A stretch of DNA of 64,000 nt, from NCBI GenBank assembly GCA_937625935.1, contig OW569382.1:382060-446059 (forward strand), written 5' to 3'. Under the pieces are notes generated by a model. That model did not search any database and was not told the DNA's origin. It worked only from the letters and a program-made list of their open reading frames with translations. This stretch comes from Tetramitus jugosus. Its lineage: Eukaryota; Protista; Heterolobosea. Positions 1 to 11,013 of this stretch are shown in pieces (positions within the stretch are counted from its first letter, which is position 1; each line of letters opens with the position of its first letter). Made by a program: the position numbers and the translations under genes.

Positions 1-1851
1 ATCAAGATTTTTCAAATTTTGCAATACTATGGACAAGAGATCAATCATATGGCTCAGCTCGATCGAGGCATAGTCATAGATTTCATACATGGACTATCGT
101 CCATGTTGCAACAGTGTCTGAATCTTGGTTCATTGCCCTCATCATCATTGTATTTCAGTAATGTCGGAGAGAAAATTGAGCTTTACCATCAAGCGAAAAA
201 TCTCTTGATCAATATCATTCATTTCACGAGTCCAAACAATGAAACTCTTGTCGATGATACAGTCGATCGATTATTTCAATTGGCGCGAGATTCCATCTAC
301 GATTCACCCGACGTGTCTGGTGAAGCTTTGCCGAGAGATAGTTTTTTGTATGATGTGAAATTGTGGAAATCAATGGCGTATGGTCGACCTGATTACGTGT
401 TGCGCAATCTCCATCGATTCCATGATTGCTGCTTCTCAAAAGATGATTCAACAGAGGAGAGGAAGCAAAAACTGATGGCAATGGTCAAGAGTCACAACAG
501 GGAGCAAAAGTCAACTGAGATTAGGAGAGAATGCCTGTGCCAACTCTGTGCTGAGACACAGTATCAATGTCCTTCCATTAATGATGAAAAACTCTTTGTT
601 TACACTCAAATGATTCGTCGTTCATTTGAGATTGAAGAAGATTATCATTTGGTGTTGGGTGTGTGGAACTTTATTGTTCATTCTGCCATTTCTTCCTGTA
701 ATGAGGACCTGATGAGAGGAGCACTTCAATTCACACTAGACTCAATGGACGGTATACTGAGTTCCATTGATTCCTGTACTACTTTACCTTCAAAATATCT
801 CGTTTCTATCACTGGGTTTCTCATTGCTACGCCTTCCACTCTGACTGAGAGTGTGAACCAAAGTTCAAAGAGTGTCATTCGATCGGCAATGATTGGAAAG
901 CTCACTTCCATTCTTTGTCGATTGCTAGTTCATTTAGAGTATCAAGCCAATCCACTACTAAGGGATCCTTGCTTGTCTCGCTTCATTGATCAACTTTCTC
1001 TCGTTTTTCATGAAAAATTGGCTTATACAAAACTGTACATCATGCCTAGTGATGAGGACTGGATGCGTGATTGTTGTGGTTTCTTGTGTGCATACTTGAA
1101 CACTTGCTTTCCCAACAAGGTTGAACCGTTGGCAACAGACAAGATTGGACAAATGATTTGGAGTGGACTCCACCATCCCTCCAATATTCATTACTGTTGG
1201 CAACTTGTAGAATCCATTGCTGTTCAAGAGAAGATACCGATGTTGTACCGAAGGAGCCCTTCATCTTCGTTCGAGACTGATGAAGAATTACTCTTTAAGG
1301 TGTTCTTAGATGTACAAAAGTACGCCTTTGAAGAGAGCAAGATTTCATACTCACTAAGATCAGTGTCTCGCCTTATTCGTTCCTATTACTATTCCCTCTC
1401 GGAGGAACATCAAGAAGTACTACGGCAGTGTTTTCATGATCAGATACAGTTACTTGAGAAGAGATCAAAATCATACAACAAGAAGATACTCTTGTGGCTT
1501 GCTACACTCTATCAAATTATTCCTCAGCCTGTCACACGGCTCTATGTTCAGAATCGGTTTAAGATATGTGGAGAGGCTGTTCGAAAACTGTTGAACATTA
1601 TGGATCAGAGCTCAGAGGACTGTGCTACGATTGTGTATGTCTTGTTGCTGTTGATTGAAGAAGACATACAAAATTGGAAAGGAGAAGCAAAACGAAGATT
1701 CGTTTATGGATACCTGGACAATATCGAAGAACTATTGACTGTGTCTGGATGGTGGGTAGATCAACATCGCCCTTACTGGCAATTATTCCATCCACAATTC
1801 AAGCGAGTGAAGAGTGAAGCCCAAGCCCTCAAATCCAGATACGCTCAATGA
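1..1851 (+). CDS. Hypothetical helical protein, 5' end outside the window
   Basis: Frame is open from base 1 to TGA at 1849-1851 (>610 aa); Leu-rich, no recognisable motif. Confidence 0.65.
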   Translation: MKIFQILQYYGQEINHMAQLDRGIVIDFIHGLSSMLQQCLNLGSLPSSSLYFSNVGEKIELYHQAKNLLINIIHFTSPNNETLVDDTVDRLFQLARDSIYDSPDVSGEALPRDSFLYDVKLWKSMAYGRPDYVLRNLHRFHDCCFSKDDSTEERKQKLMAMVKSHNREQKSTEIRRECLCQLCAETQYQCPSINDEKLFVYTQMIRRSFEIEEDYHLVLGVWNFIVHSAISSCNEDLMRGALQFTLDSMDGILSSIDSCTTLPSKYLVSITGFLIATPSTLTESVNQSSKSVIRSAMIGKLTSILCRLLVHLEYQANPLLRDPCLSRFIDQLSLVFHEKLAYTKLYIMPSDEDWMRDCCGFLCAYLNTCFPNKVEPLATDKIGQMIWSGLHHPSNIHYCWQLVESIAVQEKIPMLYRRSPSSSFETDEELLFKVFLDVQKYAFEESKISYSLRSVSRLIRSYYYSLSEEHQEVLRQCFHDQIQLLEKRSKSYNKKILLWLATLYQIIPQPVTRLYVQNRFKICGEAVRKLLNIMDQSSEDCATIVYVLLLLIEEDIQNWKGEAKRRFVYGYLDNIEELLTVSGWWVDQHRPYWQLFHPQFKRVKSEAQALKSRYAQ

Positions 1852-2217
1852 CTTTGATAAAGATTTGCCATGACACAGAATTGTTTTACTATGCCAAACA
1901 CGAATCCACAACTCCTGAAGTATAAAAAATCCTTCGCTATCAGGCGCCTTTCCGGGACACCTTTTATGTTGTGCGACAGGACTCAAAAAAAGTTAAGCTG
2001 TCCTCTGTGCATGTATCGAAGCGGAATGGATCCTTCTGAATTCCAAGAAAACCATCGTAGTAAGCACAGAAGGAAGACCATCAACCCCCTTCTCACTCGC
2101 ACACCAAGAAAAACAATTCTCAATCACTAAATTTGTTATTGGTTTTCTCTGAGAGTATCTTGGAAACAAAACATTTCAGAGAAAGTGAGCTGAACCTACC
2201 CGCTGCCATAGAGCCTT

Positions 2218-3450
2218 ATGAAAATGATCGATGTTCAGCATCGTATTACAGCAGTCCGGAGCATCCACAGTGTGTTAAGCAATACTGAAAGCTATGGCCG
2301 CCAAAATACGATCAATAGAACCAGGAGCAATCACGAACGACCATTCTATGGGTTGCTCACCGTTCTGTTGATCCTTTCGATGATTCTGACCCCTAACATT
2401 TGCACAGGGATCGTTCGGGCGATGAATCAGGACATGCAGTTAGCAATCAATGCAGCCATCTATCAATTACATAATTACAATAGCGATTGGAAGGTATTTT
2501 CGTTTCTTACTTGAATTACTAGATTCGATAATTTTGTTCTAATCGTCTTCACATTACCTATCTCTGTTGTGTATTTGATGACGCGAAAGTACTTGCTGTC
2601 GTCTAACGGAATACATATATATCATGTCGAACAGTGTTCTACGGTCAAATTCCCAAGGGTTTCATACTATGATTCTCCCACATACACCTATCATGATCGG
2701 TTGCTCACTGTGTGTATGGATGAGGATCCCGGTGTTCCCTGGGTTCAACCCGAAGGCTCCATCAAACAAGGATTCTACTACTCTGCTCTGGACATGATTC
2801 TTGGAGAATTGAATCAACGGTATGGTTGGGAATTGAAACCGGAGTGGATAACGATCAATCACACGATAAACAGTGTAAGCTATTTACAAGAATTAGTATA
2901 CATGCTCAATAATCAGACGTGTGATGTAGTGATATCGATGAGTGGTGACGTTGCTAACACAATGGCTGAACTCAAAGACACTCTCAATGTTGACTTTAGT
3001 TGTCCGTTGTCTGCCTCGAGGAACGCAATTGTTCGAAGTGCACTTCAACCAGAGAAAACAATTGATTCACTGGCTTCAATGAACGATCCTAGTGTTACAG
3101 TGTATCTGCCCGCCAATCTATCGTATCAACAGCTCTGGTTGAGAGATTTTCCATTGGCCAATGTAACGTTTAAACCGACAGATTATGATTTCTATTCTGG
3201 TTTGTTGAACAATGAATTTCATGTGACTATCAAGGATGAAGTCTCTGCCAACAATTGGAGAGTCATCGAATGTGTCCAATGTTATGTTTATAGCTTTGGA
3301 GATGCGATCCAGCATGGATTGATGTTTCGGAAGTCTTCCATACCCAACACTGGTCACAGAGACTCACCAAACAATACGTCCTTGTGTTTGATACTCTTGG
3401 TCACTAGCTTAGTCCTATGGTCTTTTCTCAATCTAACACTAAAATTGTAA
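2218..3450 (+). CDS. Secreted or surface solute-binding (PBP type 2 / SBP_bac_3-like) protein, 2 exons
   Basis: Exon 2218-2493, intron 2494-2634 (GTATTT...CTAAC...ACAG), exon 2635-3450 in frame. N-terminal hydrophobic segment; motifs LTVCMDEDPGVPWV..GSIKQGF, CDVVIS, NVDFSCP; hydrophobic C-terminus resembling a GPI or TM anchor. Confidence 0.6.
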
Positions 3451-3647
3451 TGCATAACACTTTTTGGTTGTATCCTTTATTTTCCGACACCGTAAAAAAG
3501 TCCAAGCGAACTTTCCGTACAGTTCGCAAGAATGTCGTTTCCACGTCAAATCACCTTGAAAAAAATATTCAAGCTTCTCTTGAGAAAACAAACAAAATCA
3601 GAAACAACAAGTTTAGAGCTCAAAAGTTCACATTTTACAATCAGAAC

Positions 3648-4407
3648 ATGACATCAACAACAACAACCACAAGCTCTCATTCCAAGAGAGATGGATTTCA
3701 AGTAGGCATCTGCGGTGGAGGAGGTGTAGGAAAGAGCTGTATCACTGTTCGCTTTGTTCTATCGTATGTGTCATCAGTTTTTGCTCATGTGTTGTTTTTT
3801 AAGCTTTTTGGAGGAGAATTTTTTTTGTTAATTCCGTTTTTTTGTAACTGTTTGTAGCATATTCAATGATGACTATGATCCAACGATCCAAGACGCTTAC
3901 AAGAAATCCATTACGGTGGATCAGGTACCATGTGATTTGAATTTGTTGGATACGGCAGGTCAAGAGGAATACGAAGCTCTTCAAGCTCAGTTTATGCGTG
4001 AATGTCAAGCTTACATTCTCGTTTACGATCAAACGTCGGTTGACAGTGTTCACGGCTTGGAACGATTCATTAGCTCTATTAGCAGAGCAAACAACGAAGA
4101 GCCCTTTCCCGTAGTTCTCTGCGGAAATAAATCTGATTTGGTGGTTGGCGAAGGGGACCCTGAGGTCGCTAGAGCAGCTCAACGCCTAGTGAGCGAACAG
4201 CTCAATCATTGTCCTCATTTTTCGACATCTGCAAAGAACAATGAGAATGTGCAAGTGTTGTTTGAGTCCATTGTGAGAGAGTTTAGAAGATTTAGAGACG
4301 AGAAGGAACGGAAAACTCAAACAAGGAAGAGATCTGGCTTGTTTGGCAGTGTGAGTCACTCGGATACAGCCAAGAGAGACCTCGAAATGTTCAATGGAAG
4401 CTCGTAA
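3648..4407 (+). CDS. Ras-family small GTPase, 2 exons
   Basis: GGGGVGKS, DYDPTIQDAY, DTAGQEEY, NKSD and TSAK motifs; intron 3764-3857 (GTATGT...TAG) joins the frames. Confidence 0.92.
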
Positions 4408-4635
4408 ATAAATTGTAAATTACTTCTGATTCCCTCTGATCTGACACATTGTATCCTTTTCTTTTTCCCTTCAAAGGTTTGTCCGCCCAATGCCCCGCGA
4501 TGGACGTTTGACACGCACATCAAAAGGTTCGTTTTTTGTCAAACGAAAAACAAACACAGACAGGAGAAACCAACAAAAATTTTTTGGACCAATTTTGTCT
4601 TTCACACATTATATCACATCGTCATCATCACCACC

Positions 4636-5147
4636 ATGAGTATCACAACATCAAAAAGTATGACCATCTTTCACTCTCCACATCAACAACAAAAACAAAC
4701 AAAAACAAACATTTTTACTAACAAAAAACAAAATAATTTTTGTAAATTTTAGCTCTCATTAGAGAAAAGTTGGAAGCAATCGCCAACACTGACGAAAAAC
4801 GAATGCAAAGAATGGTCATTGTGTTTGAACTGCCATTTGTCGTCGACGAAAACGATATCCGAAAATGGTTTGCCAAAGTCGGAGGAATAAAAACAATGGA
4901 AATTTACCGATCTGGCGCGCTAGTGTTCTCTACGGCGGTCATAGAGCTACAAAAAAAAAGTGGTGTGAAAAAAGCTTGTGAGCTCGCACTGCAAGAATAT
5001 GGAACACAATCGGGATCGGACTTTGATATCGTAGTGATGAGTGCGATTGATTTTATGGCGGGAAAAAAATTACCAAAGAAGAACAAGAATGGAACGTTAG
5101 ATAGAGGTGAAGTGGAGAAGAAGGGAGCAGCATGTAAGATGCAATGA
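4636..5147 (+). CDS. Small RRM-like protein with C-terminal CAAX, 2 exons
   Basis: Intron 4658-4752 (GTATGA...CTAAC...TTTAG); RNP-like segment IVFELPFVVDENDIRKWFAKVGGI; ends KKGAACKMQ. Confidence 0.6.
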
Positions 5148-5164
5148 GAACATTGAGCTCTAGG

Positions 5165-5385
5165 GTTACAACTAATAACAACAACAACTAACAACTTTGT
5201 GTTATAGGATGATGTGGGCACACACACACACACGAGAGAGTAATGTGTTGGTAGTTTACTCACACATACACACCGACAACAACGACAACGACACATCATA
5301 TATGAATTACTAACTATTACTATCACCTACTACTACTACTACTATTATAACTATTACCATTACCAACAACAATAACAACAATATA
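5165..5385. repeat. Mixed microsatellite tract (AAC/CA/TAC)
   Basis: Visible (aac)n, (ca)n and (tac)n runs in the intergenic region. Confidence 0.6.
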
Positions 5386-5712
5386 CTTTGAAACAAAAAC
5401 GAGAATCAATACGATGATGATCGAATATAGAGACAAGAACAACAATGGAACACGTGCGCACACAAACATCATGTTTCACTCACAGGACTCACAAAAAGAG
5501 AAACAAACGCGTACAACAACAACAGGAACAATTGTGTTGTCGTTTGAGGGACCTTTTTTCTTCCAATGATAACATGTGAAATGAAATGGTCCACCCAGGA
5601 GTCAACTTGAACTCAAAGAGTTTTTTGATTGACACTTGACAGTCAGGTGTATTTGTCACAATGACAGAAAGGACAGTGACAAATCATGTGGTTGTTGTTG
5701 AATTTGGTGGTT

Positions 5713-8481
5713 TTACAATGAGAAGCATCCACCCGCCAACAACACATCCTTTTGTAGGTAGGTCAGCGAGTAGACTGGTGTTTGTTTTGTGTAAAGTGTT
5801 TTCAGTGGTCCTTTCTCGATTGCTCTCTTGTTCTCTTCGTCGTCTAGAATCTTTTTCTGATCTGGTTTGGCGGCGCCTGCTGATGATGCAGGTGTCGATG
5901 ACATCATCTTGTTCACCGTTGTCTCAGTCAAGTCCCACAATCGTATCGTGCAATCCAACGAGGAAGAGGCGAGAATCGTGTCCGTGTGATTAAAGTCTAG
6001 TGACCAAATCTGATCCGTGTGACCAGAGAACTTGTACACATGTCTTCCGCTGGCAATATCCCAAACGTACACTTGTTCATCCTGTCCTGCACTGGCACAG
6101 TATCTACCATCGTGAGAGAATGCCAGTGTGTGAATGGAGCCGTAGTGACCTCTGAACAAGCGCACACATTCACCAGTGTCGATATCCCAGAGACGAACAG
6201 TTTTGTCGCTCGATCCTGTGGCGACATACTTGGAATTTGGATGGAACTTGACACATTCCACATCGGACAAGTGACCGGCGAGGACTCTGACTGGTGTGAC
6301 ACGATCAGTGACCCATATGCGAGCTGTTCTATCATGAGACGCAGTTGCAAAGACGTAGTCTAGAGGTGAGAAGGCAACATCCCAAACAGCATATTGATGA
6401 CCCTTGTAGACGACAATGTTGCTTCCAGTTTCCACATTCCATAATCGTGCAGTTCCATCCTCTGATGAAGACAATAACCATCTCTGATCCGAGTTGAAAC
6501 TGAGCGAGTACACAGGTCCACAATGACCGACAAGTGTCTGATAGTTGACACTGTTGGCTCTTCTGTTTCCTGCCGATACATGCCCTCCGTTTTGATGCTG
6601 ATTAGCGGCACCACTTGATGATGACACTCCATCCATCATATCCCCATTGACTGACAACGAGTTTCGATTCGTAATTAAATTCCAGTTCCAGCACTTGATT
6701 GTAGAATCTGAGAATCCTCCGGCAATAATAGGTCCATTTGTCTGATCAAAGTTTGATTCATAGGTTCCTGGGTGCTTATTCTTTGGCACGGCAATCTCCA
6801 ACGTATTCAATTCGTCCTTGCAGTTGAACATTGTGTAGAAACAAACAGAGGGAAGTGTGGGAGTGGCACGAGAAGCTGCTTCCGCCAACTGTTTCATTTG
6901 TCTCGCTGCCTCGAGCTCAGACTTCTTCTTTCTGCCTCGTTTTCCAGGTTCTTTTGCTCCGGCAGTTGCCTGTGCAGACTCGAACGAGCTCACACTTGTT
7001 TCCCATCGAATCGGTTTGATGCGATTTGCACTCAATAGATCAGTAGAGTGCTTACCGGATGATTCGTCTTGATCCTCGCTCTCCTCTCTTCTTCTCTTGC
7101 TGCTGCTACCAGTGACACTCTGTTGATCATCTCGTTTGCCCTTCTTGCCTGCACTACTCGTATCCAATTGCAAGACACCATCAACAATGGCAGGTGCTGT
7201 AATGCTCGGTTGTCCCTTGTACACTGCACATGACAAATAAAAATATTAGAAATTTTGTTAATTTCTTCCATATTGAGTGTGATCAATACATGATGATCAT
7301 CATGACAGCAAATACTTACCCTTGAAATTGACAAATCGATTCAAAATGGCCAACAAATTCAACTCTGAATCCTGCAAAAACTTCATCAACAATTCAAACG
7401 ATGCCTGACTCAATCGAATAATAAACTTGTGATTGAGAACACGTTGTGCAAACTCGTTTTGTGCAATCAAATCAGGTGAGGTCAAGCTCTGCAACACCAA
7501 CACTTCATCATAGTGAAAATGAGTGTGCTGTGACTTGTATTTGCCCAAGAATTTTCTTGCTTCTTCTTTAAATCCCTTGAGAATCAATTCCAAGTAACAA
7601 TGGATGAACACTGGGTACAATACTTGAATGACTTCATTCTATATACATGTTTGTTCATGTGTGTAAGCTTTTTAAAAATGTTGATGTTTTGATCAAATGA
7701 CAAAATAAAATTTACCTTGTAAATGTCAAGTGAAGAATAGACCCAATCAGTCAATGATTGATAGGCATGCAAGTAACGTCTGCTGTTACTTCGTTGCAAA
7801 TTTGTATTCTCCAAATATTCATTCAAAATTTCCTTATCATCTATCGTGTTTTTGTATTATTGTATTTTGTGTGAAAAATTTGTGTAAAAAATACAAAAAA
7901 AATGTTAATATTGAGTGATAACAAAGGTAAAAACAAAAAAAAGCACTTAAATACGCACTGGACGTTGTCATAGCATCTTGTTTCTCAATATCAACAATCA
8001 TTTGTTCAATGGTGGCTGTTGTGTGAGGTGCCTCTGACTTGAGAGCACTGAGAGCTTTTGCATAACCCTTTTGTTTCAAAAATTTGAGAACAATTTTTTC
8101 CATTTGTTCATCACTTTCCTTTTGTTGTTGTTGCAGCTGTTGTTGTTGTTGCTGTGTTTTGTCAACAAGAGTTGTGGATGAAGCTGGTGATGTGGGAGAT
8201 GATACTGAAGTTGAAGCTATTGGTGTTGTTGTTGTTGTTGTTGTTGGTGTTGTGGGTGGATCTGATTGACTCATATTGTGTCCATTATTGTTGAACTCTT
8301 GAGAGGAGCTAATGGTGGTTGTTGATAAGGGAGAGGAGGAGCTTTGTGTTGTTGTTGGAGAAGTTGTTGATGATTGGAGAGGTGTGGTGGGAGGATTGAT
8401 GGTGGATGGATCATTGTTGTTGTTGTTGTTGCTATTGGGCATTATTTGTTGTTGTTGATCAACATCATTGTTGTCAGACAT
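5713..8481 (-). CDS. TAF5: TFIID subunit 5 (LisH + NTD2 + WD40), multi-exon
   Basis: LisH-like MEKIVLKFLKQKGY; NTD2 YPVFIHCYLELI; LPSVCFYTM; WD40 repeats including GHLSDVECVKFHPNSKYVATGSSDKTVRLWD; three short introns near 7.23-7.32, 7.64-7.72 and 7.84-7.95 kb. Confidence 0.93.
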
Positions 8482-8576
8482 GATGATCGTTGTTAAACCG
8501 CAGTAATCAAAATTCTCTTTTTTTTTGGCGGTTTTTTGTGATTTCCAACAGTTGGTCACGAAAAGCAAAACATGAA

Positions 8577-9626
8577 ATGAGTGATGCTAACAACAACGAC
8601 AACAACAACAGAATTCCAAGAGTGCCCAATGATCCATACACACCCTATGAGAAACCAGAGGGTGATATTGGTCTCATTTTCTTGAAGCACTCTTTTCACA
8701 AGTACAGTCATCCTTTTCATCACAATGAATTTGGTTTACCAACTTTTCCATTGCATCCACAAGAGCTTGAATGTGCCAGAAGAGATACCATGGATCATTT
8801 TCTCCAATGGAACCGTTCTCTTCTCTGCCAAGAAATTTTCCGCTCTTTGGCGGATGAAGTTGATGGTTCAATCAACCGATTGAACATTCAAGGAGAAGAA
8901 TTGAAACAAAAACTGGAAAGGCATTTACAATTACAACCATTGGATCATGATGCCAGGGGTTCTTCACAAAAGATGACAGAAAAAGATGATGAAATGAAGC
9001 AATGGATTGAATCATGTCATCGTTTACAAGATGAAATTCAAGGTGTGATGAATGACATGAAACGGGTCAAGCGGATTCATGACGATGTAATTGTCAATGG
9101 ATCAAGTGATGACAACAAGAATGATGAGTGGTCTCAATCTCATTCAAACAAGGAACAATTCAAGATGGCAACACTGGATGAACACGTGAAACAAAGCATG
9201 ATTCAATTAGGGCTACATGATCAAAAATTGGTTCAAGATCGAGCATATGAGTCATTGACAGACTCGATGAATCAACAATTGGTCAAGTGTCAAATGGGAG
9301 TTTCACTACCGGAGAGCATAACCAATCCAGATGCTCTGGTTTCAGTCGACACTGAACTACTAAAGTATTACAATTGCCTCCATGCAAGCTTTGCTAATGT
9401 CCTAATGGCCCAAACAGTGGGCAAATGCAGAGGTGAACTGGCAGAATTCCGAGTTTGTCACACTCGACTGTTCAAAATGCCAAACATTAAGGATAATCGA
9501 TGGAACAAGTACGTCCAGTGCGTTCGGAGTCAAAATGCGTGGTTCTATCGGCACATGACGGACCAATTGAGATTTTATGAGCGTCCTAATTGGTTCGCCA
9601 AGTTGTGGAGAGGCAAGGAGCTCTGA
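8577..9626 (+). CDS. Hypothetical coiled-coil protein
   Basis: About 350-aa ORF divergent from TAF5 with only about 95 bp between the start codons. Confidence 0.7.
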   Translation: MSDANNNDNNNRIPRVPNDPYTPYEKPEGDIGLIFLKHSFHKYSHPFHHNEFGLPTFPLHPQELECARRDTMDHFLQWNRSLLCQEIFRSLADEVDGSINRLNIQGEELKQKLERHLQLQPLDHDARGSSQKMTEKDDEMKQWIESCHRLQDEIQGVMNDMKRVKRIHDDVIVNGSSDDNKNDEWSQSHSNKEQFKMATLDEHVKQSMIQLGLHDQKLVQDRAYESLTDSMNQQLVKCQMGVSLPESITNPDALVSVDTELLKYYNCLHASFANVLMAQTVGKCRGELAEFRVCHTRLFKMPNIKDNRWNKYVQCVRSQNAWFYRHMTDQLRFYERPNWFAKLWRGKEL

Positions 9627-9797
9627 GTCACACAATCTCAAGAAGTTTCTGATTCCGCACTATTGTGACTTGGAACCAGGTCATGCCTAAGCGCACTCGA
9701 TCGCATTTTAATGTTCCGCGGATTGGAAAGCTTTTGCTTTGGCCAACAAAAAACAAAATTGCAACAACTCAATATATTTTATTTATTCACACACAAC

Positions 9798-10844
9798 ATG
9801 TCATCTGTTCTGCCTAGAGTTTTGTTTACGAATCCGTTGGTTCATTTGTCTCTCAAATCGTTTGAGAGTCGATATCTGATCAGTGTGCTCCAGTCGACTG
9901 CTGAGGGTAACCAAACTCCACAGCAGGACCTCGTTCGTGCTGTCAACGAGTTTAAACCCAATGCCATCTACTTGTCATTCTCCAAGGGTGGCATTGTCAT
10001 TAACCAAGACGATTTCTTTGCTCAGTTAACACCTGAGAGCAAGCAAGAGCTAAAGCTAGTGTCCAACCTGGGTGTCGGATATGACAAGATCAACCCAGTG
10101 AGTTGCATCAACAACAATGTCTACGCATCCAACACACCGGATGTTGTGTCTGATGCTACAGCTGATGTCACCTTGGCACTCATGCTCAACTGTGCAAGAA
10201 AGACTGGTTTCTTTGAGGCAAGCCTAAGAAGAGGACAATGGAACGCTGGCGGTAATGTGTTTGGTTTTGATCTGAGAAACAAAGTTTTGGGAATTGTGGG
10301 CTGTGGCAGCATTGGTAAAGAAGTTGTCAAGCGTGCACAAGCATTCGGTATGCGTATCAAGTATTTCAAGAGAAACCGCTTGTCAGAGCAGGAGGAGTCT
10401 GCGTTGAACTTGGGCTCTGATGCATTTGAACCAAACCTTCATCAACTATTGGCTCATAGTGATATCGTGTCAGTTCATACTCCATTGAACGAAAGCACGA
10501 GACACTTGTTGTCGACCAATGAGTTTGCTGCCATGAAATCAAGTGCCTATGTGATTAACACGTCAAGAGGGCCTGTGATTGATGAGAAGGCACTTGTTCA
10601 TGCTATTTCTACTGGTCAGATTGCTGGATGTGGTCTCGATGTGTTTGAGAATGAACCCATCGTGACTCCTGAGCTGTTGACTCTGGAGAACGTTGTATTG
10701 TATCCTCATATTGGTACTCAAACGAGAGATACTCGAGTCAACATGGAAACATTGGCCATGAAGAATATCGAATCTGTGTTGATCCAAGGCACTAGACCAG
10801 ATACTCCTGTTCCCGAGCAAAAGGACTTCGTGAGAAATCTATAA
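9798..10844 (+). CDS. D-isomer-specific 2-hydroxyacid dehydrogenase (glyoxylate/hydroxypyruvate reductase-like)
   Basis: GVGYD, NTPDV, GIVGCGSIG, INTSRGPVIDE, GLDVFENEP and PHIGT motifs. Confidence 0.93.
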   Translation: MSSVLPRVLFTNPLVHLSLKSFESRYLISVLQSTAEGNQTPQQDLVRAVNEFKPNAIYLSFSKGGIVINQDDFFAQLTPESKQELKLVSNLGVGYDKINPVSCINNNVYASNTPDVVSDATADVTLALMLNCARKTGFFEASLRRGQWNAGGNVFGFDLRNKVLGIVGCGSIGKEVVKRAQAFGMRIKYFKRNRLSEQEESALNLGSDAFEPNLHQLLAHSDIVSVHTPLNESTRHLLSTNEFAAMKSSAYVINTSRGPVIDEKALVHAISTGQIAGCGLDVFENEPIVTPELLTLENVVLYPHIGTQTRDTRVNMETLAMKNIESVLIQGTRPDTPVPEQKDFVRNL

Positions 10845-11013
10845 AAAAATCCATGTATCAGTTCCAATGTATGCGCCGCAGTAGTGTATCAGTTACCAGC
10901 TGAGAGTCCGTTCCTTTTCTCCATGTCGCACAGTATACAGTCGACACCTGCTTGCGTTTACTCCTTTATACCAAATTTACCTCCAAATCTCCATGATCGT
11001 TCCATAAAAAAAT

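Noticed and set aside
1870-2130. 86-aa ORF with a CPLC motif
   Set aside because: Short, and an isolated CxxC..H is insufficient evidence for a gene.
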